Source of the DNA: an uncultured Candidatus Peribacteria bacterium
GTDB lineage: Bacteria > Patescibacteriota > Gracilibacteria > Absconditabacterales > Absconditicoccaceae
Length of the DNA: 48,649 nt
Direction: 5' to 3'
Assembly (NCBI GenBank): GCA_964565575.1
Contig: CAZMFL010000001.1
Location: 1-48,649, forward strand
Shown here: piece after piece, positions 19,202 to 37,616 of the stretch
Numbering within the stretch: position 1 is the stretch's first letter
Layout of the letters: each line of letters starts with the position of its first letter
Translations under genes and position numbers: made by a program
The notes under the pieces: generated by a model
Databases searched by the model: none
The model's input: the letters and a program-made list of their open reading frames with translations, nothing else
Told to the model about the DNA's origin: nothing

Positions 19202-19864
19202 ATGGCAATTACGCAACAAGAAGTGATTGCTTCTAATATGCACGTAGGTAATCTAAAAAAACTCGCAAGCACAAAAACGAGATCGTTTTGGCTTGAGATG
19301 TCTCAGGGAATTGTCGTTATAAACCCTGAAAAGATTGTTACAGCATTAGAAGTAGCAAGAGAAAAATTCTTGACAGCAAAAAAAGATGGAAAAGAAGTTC
19401 TGCTTCTGTGTGAAAAAAGTCTTCTTGCTGATGAGATTCCTGCACTTGCTGAAAAGTATAATTTTCACTACTTAAACTATAAAGTGCCTGCTTGATTCCT
19501 TACAAACTTTGATACACTTATCACAAGGATTGCGGGGATGAATCAACTCCAAGCATTTACAGAAAGTGAAGATTTTCACAAACTTACAAAAAAAGAACAG
19601 CTTACTGCTCTTAGAAAACTTAAGAAAGTACAACAAGTATATAAAGGAGTGAAAAATCTGAAGAAAAAACCAGATCTTGTGATCGTAGTAGATGGGAAAA
19701 CCATGATGAAATTCACAAAAGAACTCCAAAAACTTGAGTTAGATAATATCGTCTTAGCGGGAACAAATTTTGATTCTCGATGGAAAGAAGAAAATCTTGT
19801 AGTGCTAAATGTAAATGGTTACAATAGTTTAAAAAATGCTCTTGGACACATTTTAGGTGCATAA
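19202..19864 (+). CDS. rpsB: 30S ribosomal protein S2
   Basis: Two same-frame pieces are joined by one TGA (YKVPA[G]FLTNF, matching the GG.LTN motif). LTKKE, PDLVIVVD and a tsf gene nearby also support the call. Confidence 0.88.
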
Positions 19865-19877
19865 CCAATATTTTTCT

Positions 19878-20423
19878 ATGGAAGAAAAAGCGCGTAACGA
19901 TATAGATGTACTTATATGAGAACACTATGTTCCTAGCGAACTTGAAAGGAAAAAATCATTGATGATGTATGTTATCCGATGAATACTCCTCTCTCTTTCT
20001 CAGTGAAAAGCATCTCGTTATGAACAGTTTCATCTTAAGCAATCTCTTTGACGATGGACTATGGCATTTTTGCTTCTGATTCCAGCGCTGGTACTCTCTT
20101 TTATACCATATATCAAAGTTTTACCATTATTGGCTTATATAGGACTGCTTTCCGTACGAGTAATATTCTTTTTGCAAGCATGGAATGGTACATATACTTC
20201 ATTTGATAAAGAAAGACCTTTTTTGCCAGTGTTTATTGGTTTTGGAGAATGGGTACTCTCTATCTTTGATATGGAATTGAGCCCTGACGGGAGACAATCG
20301 AATGAAGATCAACAAACCACACCAGAGACAGCAACAAGTACGCCTACTCCAGAAAATAACAATACGACAACGATAAATACTCCAACTTCAGAAAATAACG
20401 ATACAAATACACCTCAACAATAA
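19878..20423 (+). CDS. Small membrane protein with T/N/P-rich C-terminal tail (181 aa)
   Basis: The ORF starts at ATG 19878 and has 4 in-frame TGA. It has two to three hydrophobic helices (AFLLLIPALVLSFIPYIKVLPLLAYIGLLSVRVIFF). The tail is TTPETATSTPTPENNNTTTINTPTSENNDTNTPQQ. Confidence 0.6.
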
Positions 20424-20448
20424 TTTATTTCCTCCAGAAAAAATACAT

Positions 20449-21264
20449 ATGTCAGTAGATATGGAACTCCTCAAAAAATTGAGAGAAATAACATTTGCTC
20501 CGTTGAAAGACTGTAAAGATGCGCTCATCGAATCAAATTGAGATTTGGACACTGCAATTGAATGGTTGAAAAAGAAAGGAGCATTACAAGCTGCAAAGAA
20601 AGCTGATAGAGAGACCAAAGAATGAGCGATCAAGGCTCGTGTAAATGGAAATACGGTGATTGCTGTTAAAATGGCAACAGAAACTGATTTTGTGGTAAAA
20701 AGTGATTTTTTTGCAAAGCTTCTAGAAGACTTGTTAGATACAATTAGTACATCTGGGCAAAATATCGCATCTATCAATGAACTACCAGAAGAGATCAAAG
20801 TAAAATGTGATGAGCTTATACATGATTTCGTTGGTAAAATAGGTGAAAACACCAAACTTGCTGATGTATATCTCCATACTACAGACAAAAATATTTTTGT
20901 ATATACACATCCAGGTGACAAAATAGTATCAATTCTATACTACTCTTCTAGTTCTGGGAATGCAGAACATATTGCAAAACAAGTTGCACTACAAATAGCG
21001 GCAATGAATCCAGAATATCTTTCATTAGAAACAATCCCTACTGAAGCAAAAGAGAAATTATTGGCAGAACTTACTGAAGAGGTAAAAACTAGTGGCAAGC
21101 CAGCAGATATGATAGAAAAAATTGTTGCTGGTAAATTTGAAAAGGCATTTGCTGACTCTGTACTATTGGAACAACCTGCGATCTGGGACGACTCTCAAAA
21201 AATTAAAGACGCATCAAAAGCTATTGAAATAAGTTCCTTTGCAAGAATGGCAATTGGCGCATAA
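20449..21264 (+). CDS. tsf: Elongation factor Ts
   Basis: The ORF starts at ATG 20449. LKKLREITFAPLKDCKDALIESN[G]DLDTAIEWLKKKG is the UBA-like EF-Ts N-terminus, followed by KMATETDFVVKSDFF. It sits downstream of rpsB. Confidence 0.9.
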
Positions 21265-21333
21265 AACCAATTTTGTTGTTGCAAAATGAATTGAATCATA
21301 TATATACTCTTATATTCTTAATTATACCCTCAC

Positions 21334-22011
21334 ATGCAAAAATTCTATGAATTAGTAGTCCTCCTCCACCCACAAACGAGTAAAGAGGATCTTGCTATGT
21401 TGTATACAAAAATTGATTCACTCCTTTCTGATGGGAAAAAACAAACAGACGATATGGGATTGATGCAATTAGCGCACCCAGTTGGCAAAAACAAACTATC
21501 ACAAGTACACATGGTTTCATATCACTGTGAGCTTGAAGGAAGCAAACTTGAATCTATCAAAAAAGAACTTAGTATCACGAAAGGTGTTGTGAGATATGTG
21601 TTTTTCTCTATGTGAGCAAAGGATATATTCTTCACATACGCAGACGTAAACAAGAAATTTGAAAAACTCATCGAAGAGGAAGAGAAAAAAGAGGCAGCTC
21701 TAGAAGAAGAGAAGAAAGAAGTAGTTATTGAGTGAGAAAATGGTGAAGTTACAACGCAAGCAAAAGAAAGTCCAGTTGTAAGAGCTCCGAAAAAGAAAAA
21801 AGAGCTTGCTGTAAGAAAATGATATTTCAACAAAGAGCTTCACGCAAGCGAACTTTCATGGAAAGCGACAAGACTTCTTACGTTCTACATTACAAGATTT
21901 GGTGAAATTAAACCAAGACGCTATATGGGCAATACCGTAAGACAACAAAAGAAAGTAAGAGAGGCTATTATAAGAGCAAGAGAACTAGGCGTTGTTGCTT
22001 ATACAAAATAG
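21334..22011 (+). CDS. rpsF/rpsR: Fused 30S ribosomal proteins S6 (N-terminal) and S18 (C-terminal), single 225-aa ORF
   Basis: The S6-like part is MQKFYELVVLLHP...MQLAHPVGKNK...VVRYVFF. An E/K-rich linker follows. The S18-like part is LLTFYITRFGEIKPRRYMGNTVRQQKKVREAIIRARELGVVAY. All of it is in one frame with three TGA (21613, 21733, 21820) and no TAA/TAG until 22009..22011. Confidence 0.8.
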
Positions 22012-22081
22012 TTTAGCACAATATTCAAAAAATTAGTTTACACATTTTGTACGATATTTATCACATACTCTAACTACCCAA

Positions 22082-22240
22082 ATGACAACGAAACTCAATA
22101 GAGTAAGGAAATTTAAATGGTCTAAAAGATTGGGCACTCATGGCTTCCGCGCAAGGATGGAAACCAAGTCTGGACAAAGGATTATAAATGCCAGAAGAGC
22201 CAAAGGAAGACATCAACTTACTCCACAAAAGAAGGGATAA
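22082..22240 (+). CDS. rpmH: 50S ribosomal protein L34
   Basis: 52-aa ORF. The segment ...[31 protein letters not shown] matches the L34 signature. Confidence 0.9.
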   Translation: MTTKLNRVRKFKWSKRLGTHGFRARMETKSGQRIINARRAKGRHQLTPQKKG

Positions 22241-22268
22241 TACAACTATTATCCTTTTGTGGTTTTTT
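22223..22268 (+). terminator. Rho-independent terminator overlapping the rpmH 3' end
   Basis: The outer stem is CCACAAAAG...CTTTTGTGG with an inner stem GGATAAT/ATTATCC, followed by T6. Confidence 0.65.
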
Positions 22269-22389
22269 AGTTTGATCCGTTTTCTTATATGAGTTCACAA
22301 AAATCACGCATACTACCTATTATATTCTAAATACCCACAATCCAAGATAAACGCTTGGCGTTTTTTCATTTTACCCCTACTAGTTCAAT

Positions 22390-25980
<3,591 letters not shown>

Positions 25981-26007
25981 TACCAATCAAGAAAAATACT
26001 CAATCAG

Positions 26008-26087
26008 CCCCGCCTTTGGCGGGGATTGCCCGAACTATCGATGGTTAGCTAAATCACAACGATAGGACGGGCAAACAACTTCGTTGT
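26008..26087 (+). ncRNA. GC-rich triple-hairpin element in the rpoB-rpoC spacer (copy 1 of a repeated structured element)
   Basis: Hairpin 1 is CCCCGCC-ttt-GGCGGGG. Hairpin 2 is TTGCCCGaaCTATCG-(19 nt)-CGATAGgaCGGGCAA. Hairpin 3 is ACAAC-ttc-GTTGT. No T-run follows. Confidence 0.45.
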
Positions 26088-26126
26088 CTAGGATACAAAA
26101 AATTTTATTATTACTACTCCTCTTTC

Positions 26127-29966
<3,840 letters not shown>

Positions 29967-30126
29967 AAATCATTAATAACCTTGAAATAGCTCTACGAAT
30001 TCCTATAATCGTATGGTTACGAAAAAATACATAAAATTATTTCTAAAATCCTTTTAGTCTTGTTGGAAAACCTGCTTTCAGGCTCATTTAGAAACCAATA
30101 CTGTTTATTTGTACGATAAAACTACT

Positions 30127-30666
30127 ATGGCACACAAGAAAGCCGCGGGGTCGGCTAAAAACCTCAGAGACTCGAAACCTAAGTTTAGATGACTCAAACT
30201 CTTCGGTGGACAACCTGCAGTAGCAGGCAATATTCTTCTCAGACAAAAAGGAGATAAATACGAAGCAGGAAAAAATACTTATAAGAGTAATGATTTTACT
30301 ATCCACGCTCTTATCGATGGTATTGTTACCTTCAAAAAGAAAAATATCACAAGGTTCGATGGAAGAAAGTATCTTAAAACTGTTGTAGAAGTACTTACTC
30401 CAGAAGAGGTTCTTTCTAACAAAGCTCTAAAAGATGCTACCGCGAAGGTTGAGAAACCAGCGAAAGCTCCTGTAGCTAAAAAAGCACCAGTTGCTAAAAA
30501 AGCGCCAGTTGCGAAAGCTGAAAAACCAGCGAAAGCTGAAAAAGCGCCAGTTGCTAAAAAAGCGCCAGTTGCTAAAAAAGAAACTGTTGCAAAACCTGCG
30601 AAAGCTGAAAAACCAGCGAAAGCTCCTGTAGCTAAAAAAGCACCTGCAAAAAAGACAGCTAAATAA
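30127..30666 (+). CDS. rpmA: 50S ribosomal protein L27 with ~85-aa Ala/Lys/Pro-rich C-terminal extension (179 aa)
   Basis: The L27 core is MAHKKAAGSAKNLRDSKPKFR[G]LKLFGGQPAVAGNILLRQKGDKYEAGKN. The tail is ...KPAKAPVAKKAPVAKKAPVAKAEKPAKAEKAPVAKKAPVAKKETVAKPAKAEKPAKAPVAKKAPAKKTAK. Confidence 0.88.
30466..30660 (+). repeat. Coding tandem repeats (units of ~15-21 nt, KAPVAKK / AEKPAK) in the rpmA tail
   Basis: The strings gcgccagttgctaaaaaa, aaaccagcgaaagct and related units are reiterated directly. Confidence 0.8.
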
Positions 30667-30695
30667 TTACTTACTTCATAATGTTCTAACCCACC

Positions 30696-30923
30696 ATGGC
30701 AACTCCTAGAAAAAAAATCTCGATCCATAAAAAAAACATGAGACACTCTACTCGATTGAGAGTGAATTTGAATAACTTATCTGATTCGTACGCACTCACA
30801 AAGTGTACTAATTGTGGAAAATACCATCTTTCTCATAGAGTTTGTCACCATTGTGGATACTACAAAGGGAAACAAGTAATTACTATCAAGGCAAAGGGTG
30901 GTAAGAAAATTCTTGAAGCATAG
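30696..30923 (+). CDS. rpmF: 50S ribosomal protein L32
   Basis: 75-aa ORF with MATPRKKISIHKK and the CxxC...CxxC knuckle CTNCGKYHLSHRVCHHCGYYKG. Confidence 0.9.
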   Translation: MATPRKKISIHKKNMRHSTRLRVNLNNLSDSYALTKCTNCGKYHLSHRVCHHCGYYKGKQVITIKAKGGKKILEA

Positions 30924-30977
30924 TAGCATAATTCGTCAATAGAATTGTAATATTTGACATATCCCAACCCACCAAAA

Positions 30978-31001
30978 GCCCCAGACATATTGGGGTTTTT
31001 T
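30978..31001 (+). terminator. Rho-independent terminator after rpmF
   Basis: CCCCA-gacatat-TGGGG followed by T6. Confidence 0.6.
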
Positions 31002-31013
31002 AGATTGTGTTTG

Positions 31014-31090
31014 ACAACGAAGTTGTTGTCCGCATCGTATGCGGATGGCTTGTTCGTGTCGGATATGGCGGACATGTTCGTCGAAAGCGG
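31014..31090 (+). ncRNA. GC-rich multi-hairpin element upstream of nusB (copy 2, related to 26008..26087 in inverted orientation)
   Basis: ACAAC-gaa-GTTGT is the exact reverse complement of 26075..26087. TCCGCAT-cgt-ATGCGGA is nested in a long-range GTCCGC...GCGGAC stem. Confidence 0.4.
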
Positions 31091-31145
31091 AAATAAACGA
31101 TCTGTCCTTTCTATGTTGATTTTGTACAGTATTTATGTACTGTGA

Positions 31146-31727
31146 ATGTATTTATACGTCATTTCAAAAATGAATATCAAAGCTCGTATTGTAGCAAGGA
31201 AAATGGTACTCACCTATCTGTATGAGAAATACACCTCTCACGCGATTGCTGAAAACGACCATATTCTCAAAGAGATCTGTGATATTGATATCACTAATTC
31301 CGCTTTGGAACAAAAGGACGAAATGGACACACAAACGCTTGCAAAGTCGCTTAATGAAACATTTACGCAGAAGTGATATGATACTGATATGACATATCTA
31401 GCGAAAAATTGTTTTGAAAAATGATCTGAAAACGGCATAGATGCTGATTATATTGATACGATGATTGTTGCTTATGATAAATATGCAGACAAACTCCCTG
31501 ATTTGATAAATACGTATGCTTCAACATTCCGTTACGAAGATATGGATATCATGGATAGAGTAATTTTCCTTTTGTGATATGCGGAATTCAAACTTATGAA
31601 AACGCCAAAAGAAGTAATTTTGAATGAGACAATCGAGCTCGCGAAAAAATATGGTGACCAATGATCTCCTAAATTGATTAACTGAATTTTACACAAAGTT
31701 ATCACAGCTGAGGAGGATAGAAAGTAA
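31146..31727 (+). CDS. nusB: Transcription antitermination factor NusB-like
   Basis: The C-terminal part DRVIFLL[G]YAEFKLMKTPKEVILNETIELAKKYGDQ[G]SPKLIN[G]ILHKV matches the NusB core (iLR.a.yEl...vp..v.inEaielaK.yg...s.kfvNgvL). An alternative start is ATG 31170 (MNIKARIVARK). The stop is TAA 31725..31727. Confidence 0.75.
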
Positions 31728-31844
31728 ATAATAATAGATTATGATCTGAACGAGACTCAATTTTTTGCTTCAGAAAAAAAAAGATAAAGCGTGTATTAAT
31801 CATTAAACATTAATCATTATTATATTTTGATTTTCCTATAATCC

Positions 31845-31880
31845 AAAAAAACAGGCCATTCGCGACCTGCTTTTCTTTTT
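31845..31880. terminator. Bidirectional terminator between convergent nusB and the giant surface-protein gene
   Basis: A7-CAGGCC-attcgc-GACCTG-cTTTTcTTTTT, with A/T runs on both sides. Confidence 0.55.
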
Positions 31881-31912
31881 GCTCTATTAGATAAATTCAT
31901 CTATAAGGAGGA

Positions 31913-34900
31913 CTATTTTTTGTACACATTCAAGATTTCTGCTAATGTATCTGCTCCTGGAGGGAGGCTATTAAATATGTCTGGATTGTACTTGAGGACA
32001 ACTGCTCCATAATCTTTAAGTGCATTTTGTCTCTCTGTTGATTGTTCCTGTCATTGATACATATCAGCAAACCACGTATTTACATTTGATCTTCTTGTAG
32101 CTAGCAGGCTATCTGATGTTGTACTACGGATATTTCCACCGATGAGAATTCCATTTATAGTAATATCTCATGCATTACACCACTCTTTTGAAAGATCTGT
32201 ATTGTGAGCAGATTTTCTCCAAGATCCAAATCAAGCATCTGATGAAATATCTTCCAGAGAGATAAAGATACCATTTACTTGTTGTTGAGTATTACAACTA
32301 TCTGGTGAAAAGTGAATATTACCATTTTGAGCAATAAACATGCCCTTGTTTCATAAATTCCCCTTTACATTCAATGCGCCTTTAGTGAGGATCAATGTAA
32401 ATGGTTTTGCTGGAGTGGTCGTTTTATCACCAACTGTAATAGTAGCATTCCCATTTTCCGGAGAGAATATATATACCTCTTTATTAGGTACTTTGTAAAC
32501 GGTAACATTCGAACCTTCTTTTGATTTAAATGTTGCTCCATCAGCTTTCACTGCAATTTTTTGATAGTCTTCTATAAGCTTATTAACTGCTGTTGATACT
32601 TCGGTGCCTGGATCATAATTTGTTGTTAAATCAGGCACTCATGTTGTAAATATAGGCGAACCATCTGGGAATTGCAAGGATGAGGTGAGAGTATCTGTTG
32701 CGAAGTCACCAAGTGCACCTCTTGAAACCATATATGGTTTGGTAACGACGAAGTTCATTTGACAAACTCTTTCTGTAGAGTTTGTGGTTGTCTTGGTTGA
32801 TGTGCCATCTAAATTTCACGATGAGTTAACATTACATATTTCATAAGAAGAGACTTTCATATCTATAGAGTGCTCTCCAAGAGCCGAAGCATTAAATATA
32901 AATTTTTTTGCATCAAATCAAGCAGGTGTTGGATACTCTTCAGGTTTATATCACATTGATTTTAATATGCTATCATAAGCAGTATTTATTAATTTGTTTG
33001 TTGTTGTATTGAAACATTCTTGATCAAAATTCAATATTATGTCGTTTTTTGCATTTTGCACTATAAATTCACACATAACAGAATTTCTCACAATTTGAGA
33101 TTTAGAAGGCGCAACAGTTCAAGAAACACAACTTGTAACAAAATCAGTATTATCTAAATCAGTTCATTTTATCTTTGATTCAAGATCCCACCAAAATGGC
33201 AAATATTCATTTGATTGAATTGACGGTGGATCTATGTATCCACAAGTCGGAGCATCTACATTTTCAGGTGCTGCTTTCACTTGACATGGATAGTTTGACT
33301 TAGGTCAATAACAGAATCTTCCTTTCAACGCTCATTGAGTAATAACTGCACCAGAACCAAATCTAAATGGATCATTTGGGTTAGAAAGATTTCATTCATC
33401 ACAAATTTCATATACTCATTGGTTATTCGGTCTATGCACAATTCCATCACCACAATAAAAATTAGTTCATCCTCCACAGTTAACAACACATCAACCTGGA
33501 GAGTATGGTGTTATTTTTGCTGATGCTTCATCATCCTCAGTTCATGGATTCGCTCCTCTATTACATGGGTCAGAATCTATATCTTTTGGATTCTCGCCAA
33601 CAGAAGCTTTACCATTGTATTCACATATCTCAGCATAGTTTGTTCTTTCTACGGTTCCATTGTAAACTGCCTTGAATGTTATAATCAATGAACCCTTTGC
33701 AGGAATTGTTAAATTACTAACCAACAATTGCCTATTACCAGATGAGTACACAGCTGTTGCATTAGTCAACGATGAGTTTACGAGCGTTGAACCTTCTACA
33801 TACTCAAGATCTGCAGGCATATAATCTTTTAGGGAAAAACCAGTTACTCCTACTGTTCAACTATTCGTTACAGTAAGCGTAATTGTAACCTCAGTCGCCT
33901 TTTGCACATTTGGAAGAGTCTTTAGATTGTTAATAGTTTTTTCCAATGAAAGATCAAAATAATCATTTACTGGATTCACTGATGCAAATGATGTGTCATC
34001 TTCATCGTTCCCTGTGCCATTACATGGAATTGAATCTATGTCATATGATTTTGTCGTATCTTGGCCCATGCCATTGTAGTCACATATTTCTGTATAGTTT
34101 GTTCTCGTTACCTCATCAACATATCTTGCTTTGAACGTAAGGGTCATAGATGCTCCCGATTTCAATGTCAATCCTGTCCATATTAATGTGCCAGGAGTAG
34201 CATCACCTGCTGTATTTGAAGTATACTTACTACCACTTGAAGCTTGCACGAAAACGAAACCAGCTGGAAGATAGTCTTTTACTGTGAAGTTAGTTGCTGT
34301 ATCTGGTCATGCATTTGTTACAACCAAAGAGAAATCTATAATATCTCCTGAATGTGCTTGTATAGATTTTTTTCCATTCGCAAGTTTGTTGATTGACAGA
34401 TCGAAGTATGGTTTCGTCGTCGGTGGTATGATAACTCCATTTGATGTATCGTCTTCGTTGTTGCTTGTGCCGTTACATGGGTTTGAGTCTGCGTCATACG
34501 GTTTTGTGCTGTCTTGTCCGTTTCCTGCTCCTACACCATTGTAGTCACATATTTCTGTGTAGTTCGTTTCTCTTCCGTTTGAAATTGGTCATACGTATTT
34601 CACCTTCACTGTTAATACAAATGATCCTACCGCTCCTATATTCAAATCGCTCCATACTATCGTTTTGGTAGTCGCTGTATATGCTCCGTTATTGCTCGCA
34701 GAGACAAACTCTAGTCCCTTTGGTAGATAGTCTTTTACTGTAAATCCATTTACTCCTACTGTTCCACTGTTTGTTACTGTTAGTGTGTAATCAAACTCAT
34801 CACCTATTACTACATTTCTTTCCTTTGGTGTTTTGTTGATTGACAGATCGAAGTATGGTTTCGTCGTCGGTGGTATGATAACTCCATTTGATGTATCGTC

Positions 34901-37300
34901 TTCGTTGTTGCTTGTGCCGTTACATGGGTTTGAGTCTGCGTCATACGGTTTTGTGCTGTCTTGTCCGTTTCCTGCTCCTACACCATTGTAGTCACATATT
35001 TCTGTGTAGTTCGTTTCTCTTCCGTTTGAAATTGGTCATACGTATTTCACCTTCACTGTTAATACAAATGATCCTACCGCTCCTATATTCAAATCGCTCC
35101 ATACTATCGTTTTGGTAGTCGCTGTATATGCTCCGTTATTGCTCGCAGAGACAAACTCTAGTCCCTTTGGTAGATAGTCTTTTACTGTAAATCCATTTAC
35201 TCCTACTGTTCCACTGTTTGTTACTGTTAGTGTGTAATCAAACTCATCACCTATTACTACATTTCTTTCCTTTGGTGTTTTGTTGATTGACAGATCGAAG
35301 TATGAGTTTGTTTTCGTGATGGCGTCATCACAATTATTATTATTGAAATTATTGTCGTCTGTGATACATACTTTATTTAAAAATTCCTCTTTTGGTGCTA
35401 GTGTGCTAGGAATTTTGGCTTTGATTGTGATAGTTCATCTTGCTCCTGGTTGCAATGTTCCAACATTCCAAGTTAGCGTTTGACCATTTACAGTTGGTTG
35501 TCCAACATTCGGTGTAGATGTTGCAGAGTTAACTATATATTCTGTTTTTGCAGGAAGCGTATCAGTCACTGTTCCTGGTCGTGCAACTGTTCCACTATTT
35601 CCATAGTTTATCGTATATGTTAGCGTATCTCCAGCTACCGCAACTGCTTTATCAACTTCTTTTGTTGATCGAAGATCAACACATCACATGTAAAACTCTG
35701 CCCATGAAGGGTTGTTTTCAAGCAATGTATTTGGCTCGTTCGTTGCAGAAATTGTCAAATCATTATGTATTTTGAGTGCACTACAAACTGGCGTAGAAGC
35801 ACCAATTTTCACATATATTGTGATGGTACCACCCGCGTTTGGCGCAAGTGTTCCAATATTCCATGTAAGTTTGTTTCCATTTACAATTGGTTGTCCAATA
35901 TCTGGACTAGAAACAGAAGAATTTGCAATATATGTCACTTGCGTAGGAAGTGTGTCAGTAACTACTACTCCATTCGCCGTTCCAGCTCCTTGATTTTTGT
36001 ATGTTAATGTATACTTCACTGTTTGTCCAGGCATATATGAACCTGAAGCCACTTCAACTTTCTTGGTTGTAAGCACATCAGGATTTTCACACGATGTGGT
36101 GAAAGTTGCCGTTGAGTTGTTATTCGATGTATTTGTTTCACCATCTTTTGTGTCTGGCGCTATCGTTGCATCATTCTTGAACGGCGCACAAAATGGAGCA
36201 ATATTTAATTTTACAGAAAATGTAATTTCATTGTAGTACCCTGCTGGCATATTTCCCATATTCCAACGAAGTGTATTTGCTGTCGCATTGTATGTTGGTT
36301 CTAATGCTGTTCCATTAGAAAATCTAGTTGATCCAGCAGTATACGTAACACCGGCAGGAAGCTGATCAGCGATAATAACATTTGTCGCGGTTCCAGTACC
36401 AATATTTCTTACGATAAGTTTATATACGACAGTATCTCCTGTTACATATCATATAGTATTTCAAACTACTGATTTCACAATTGATACATCAGGAATAGCT
36501 GGTGCTAATATAGTTGTACAAGTCGCTGAACACAGTGCTCACGGTTTGCCATTTTGTGTTCCAAGGTCACATTGCTCACCCTTATTCATAGAATTTGTTG
36601 TCCCATTCCAAATGTTGTATCCATATGCATCAGTTGTTGCTACTCAAGCTGGCAATGCGCTTCCATTATCAACGATACCATCGCCACACCAAGAAACATA
36701 ATAGTTTGCACACTCGTTTCAGGATTGTCTCTCGCTTTCTGCTATTGCATAATTAGTTATGCTCCATTGTGTGGAAGCACCTATTTGCCCATTTATTATT
36801 GGATAATAAAGCCCCGCGCTTGTATTTGAGCTACCTTGTATCAATGGTACTCTAGAAATATTGTAAACTATTTGCATTGCTAGTAAAGTCGCAGTTGGTT
36901 GAGAGCCAACTGTTGCAGTAGTACCGGGAACGTTTTGTGTAGCCACTACTTCATAAACGTTCGCTGGTTTACTATTTGATGCCAGTGCAAAAGATTCATT
37001 TCCTCACTGAATTGCAAATCCAGCATACGGATTATAAATTGTAATAAGACTCTTACTTGGAGAAATAATCCAACGAAAAGCAGAACTGCTATAAAAAGTA
37101 TCATACGGATAAAATGTGCTTCACTTATAGTAACGATAATTACTAAACTTAGTACCATCATCCTGACAGGCCTGTGGAGCCAAAGATACAGTTGAGGTTT
37201 GTAAAGGTATATACGAAGCAGCAAATGTAGACGATACAAATGACATTGCTCCTAGAAGCACGCTCATTCATAAATACCTTTTTAGTGATTGCATTTTCAT
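31913..37300 (-). CDS. Giant secreted repeat protein (1795 aa): signal peptide, Cys-rich CGDG repeats, multiple DUF11-type (TIGR01451-like) beta-sandwich repeats
   Basis: I hand-translated the full length. It is a single frame from ATG 37300 to TAG 31913..31915 with only TGA interruptions. The signal-like N-terminus is MKMQSLKRYLGMSVLLGAMSFVSSTFA/AS. Two CGDGIV...CD motifs resemble the myxococcal Cys-rich repeat. Repeated modules follow the pattern V..GD...Y.ltv.N.G...a..v.v.D.LP.g..fv and are followed by YTEICDYNG..., D.DS.PCNG and NEDDTS linkers. Confidence 0.85.
34386..35309 (-). repeat. Perfect tandem direct duplication, 2 x 447 bp (+ ~30 bp of a third unit), in frame (149 codons per unit)
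   Basis: 34386..34832 and 34833..35279 are identical as far as I compared them. The spurious plus-strand ORFs 34441..34671 and 34888..35118 have identical translations. Identity continues to ~35309 and then diverges. Confidence 0.9.
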
Positions 37301-37327
37301 TTTTTTCTAAAAGAAAGAATAAAGTAA

Positions 37328-37561
37328 TTATTGTATCTCATTAACTTCTGTATCCGTAACAATCAGTTTGCTCTCATCGCGGTTGATACCAGTAAAAGAA
37401 GTTGTAGCATTGGTCGGTTTATTGTCTGTGATAGTTGAAATTTCCTCAGTAAGGATCAACGTCTCAGATGGTCACTTATCAATAAAAAATTTGAACAAAA
37501 CAAATCAAACGCCAATACCTATAATCACAATTAAAAGAGTCCATAGAATACCTTTTTTCAT
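37328..37561 (-). CDS. Small single-pass membrane protein (77 aa)
   Basis: The ORF runs from ATG 37561 to TAA 37328..37330 and begins MKKGILWTLLIVIIGIGV[G]FVLFKFF. It lies 27 nt upstream of the giant surface-protein gene and 55 nt downstream of the 1673-aa gene. Confidence 0.55.
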
Positions 37562-37616
37562 TTTACATAGATTATAAATAAATAAATGCTAATGTCAATA
37601 CCGCTTTAATATAAAT

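Noticed and set aside
34386-35309. Direct repeats here, and at 30466..30660 and 4990..5520, considered as possible CRISPR arrays.
   Set aside because: The repeats are contiguous with no unique spacers. They are in frame inside long ORFs, with unit lengths of 447 bp, ~18 bp and ~110 bp. They encode protein repeats. No cas genes are present.
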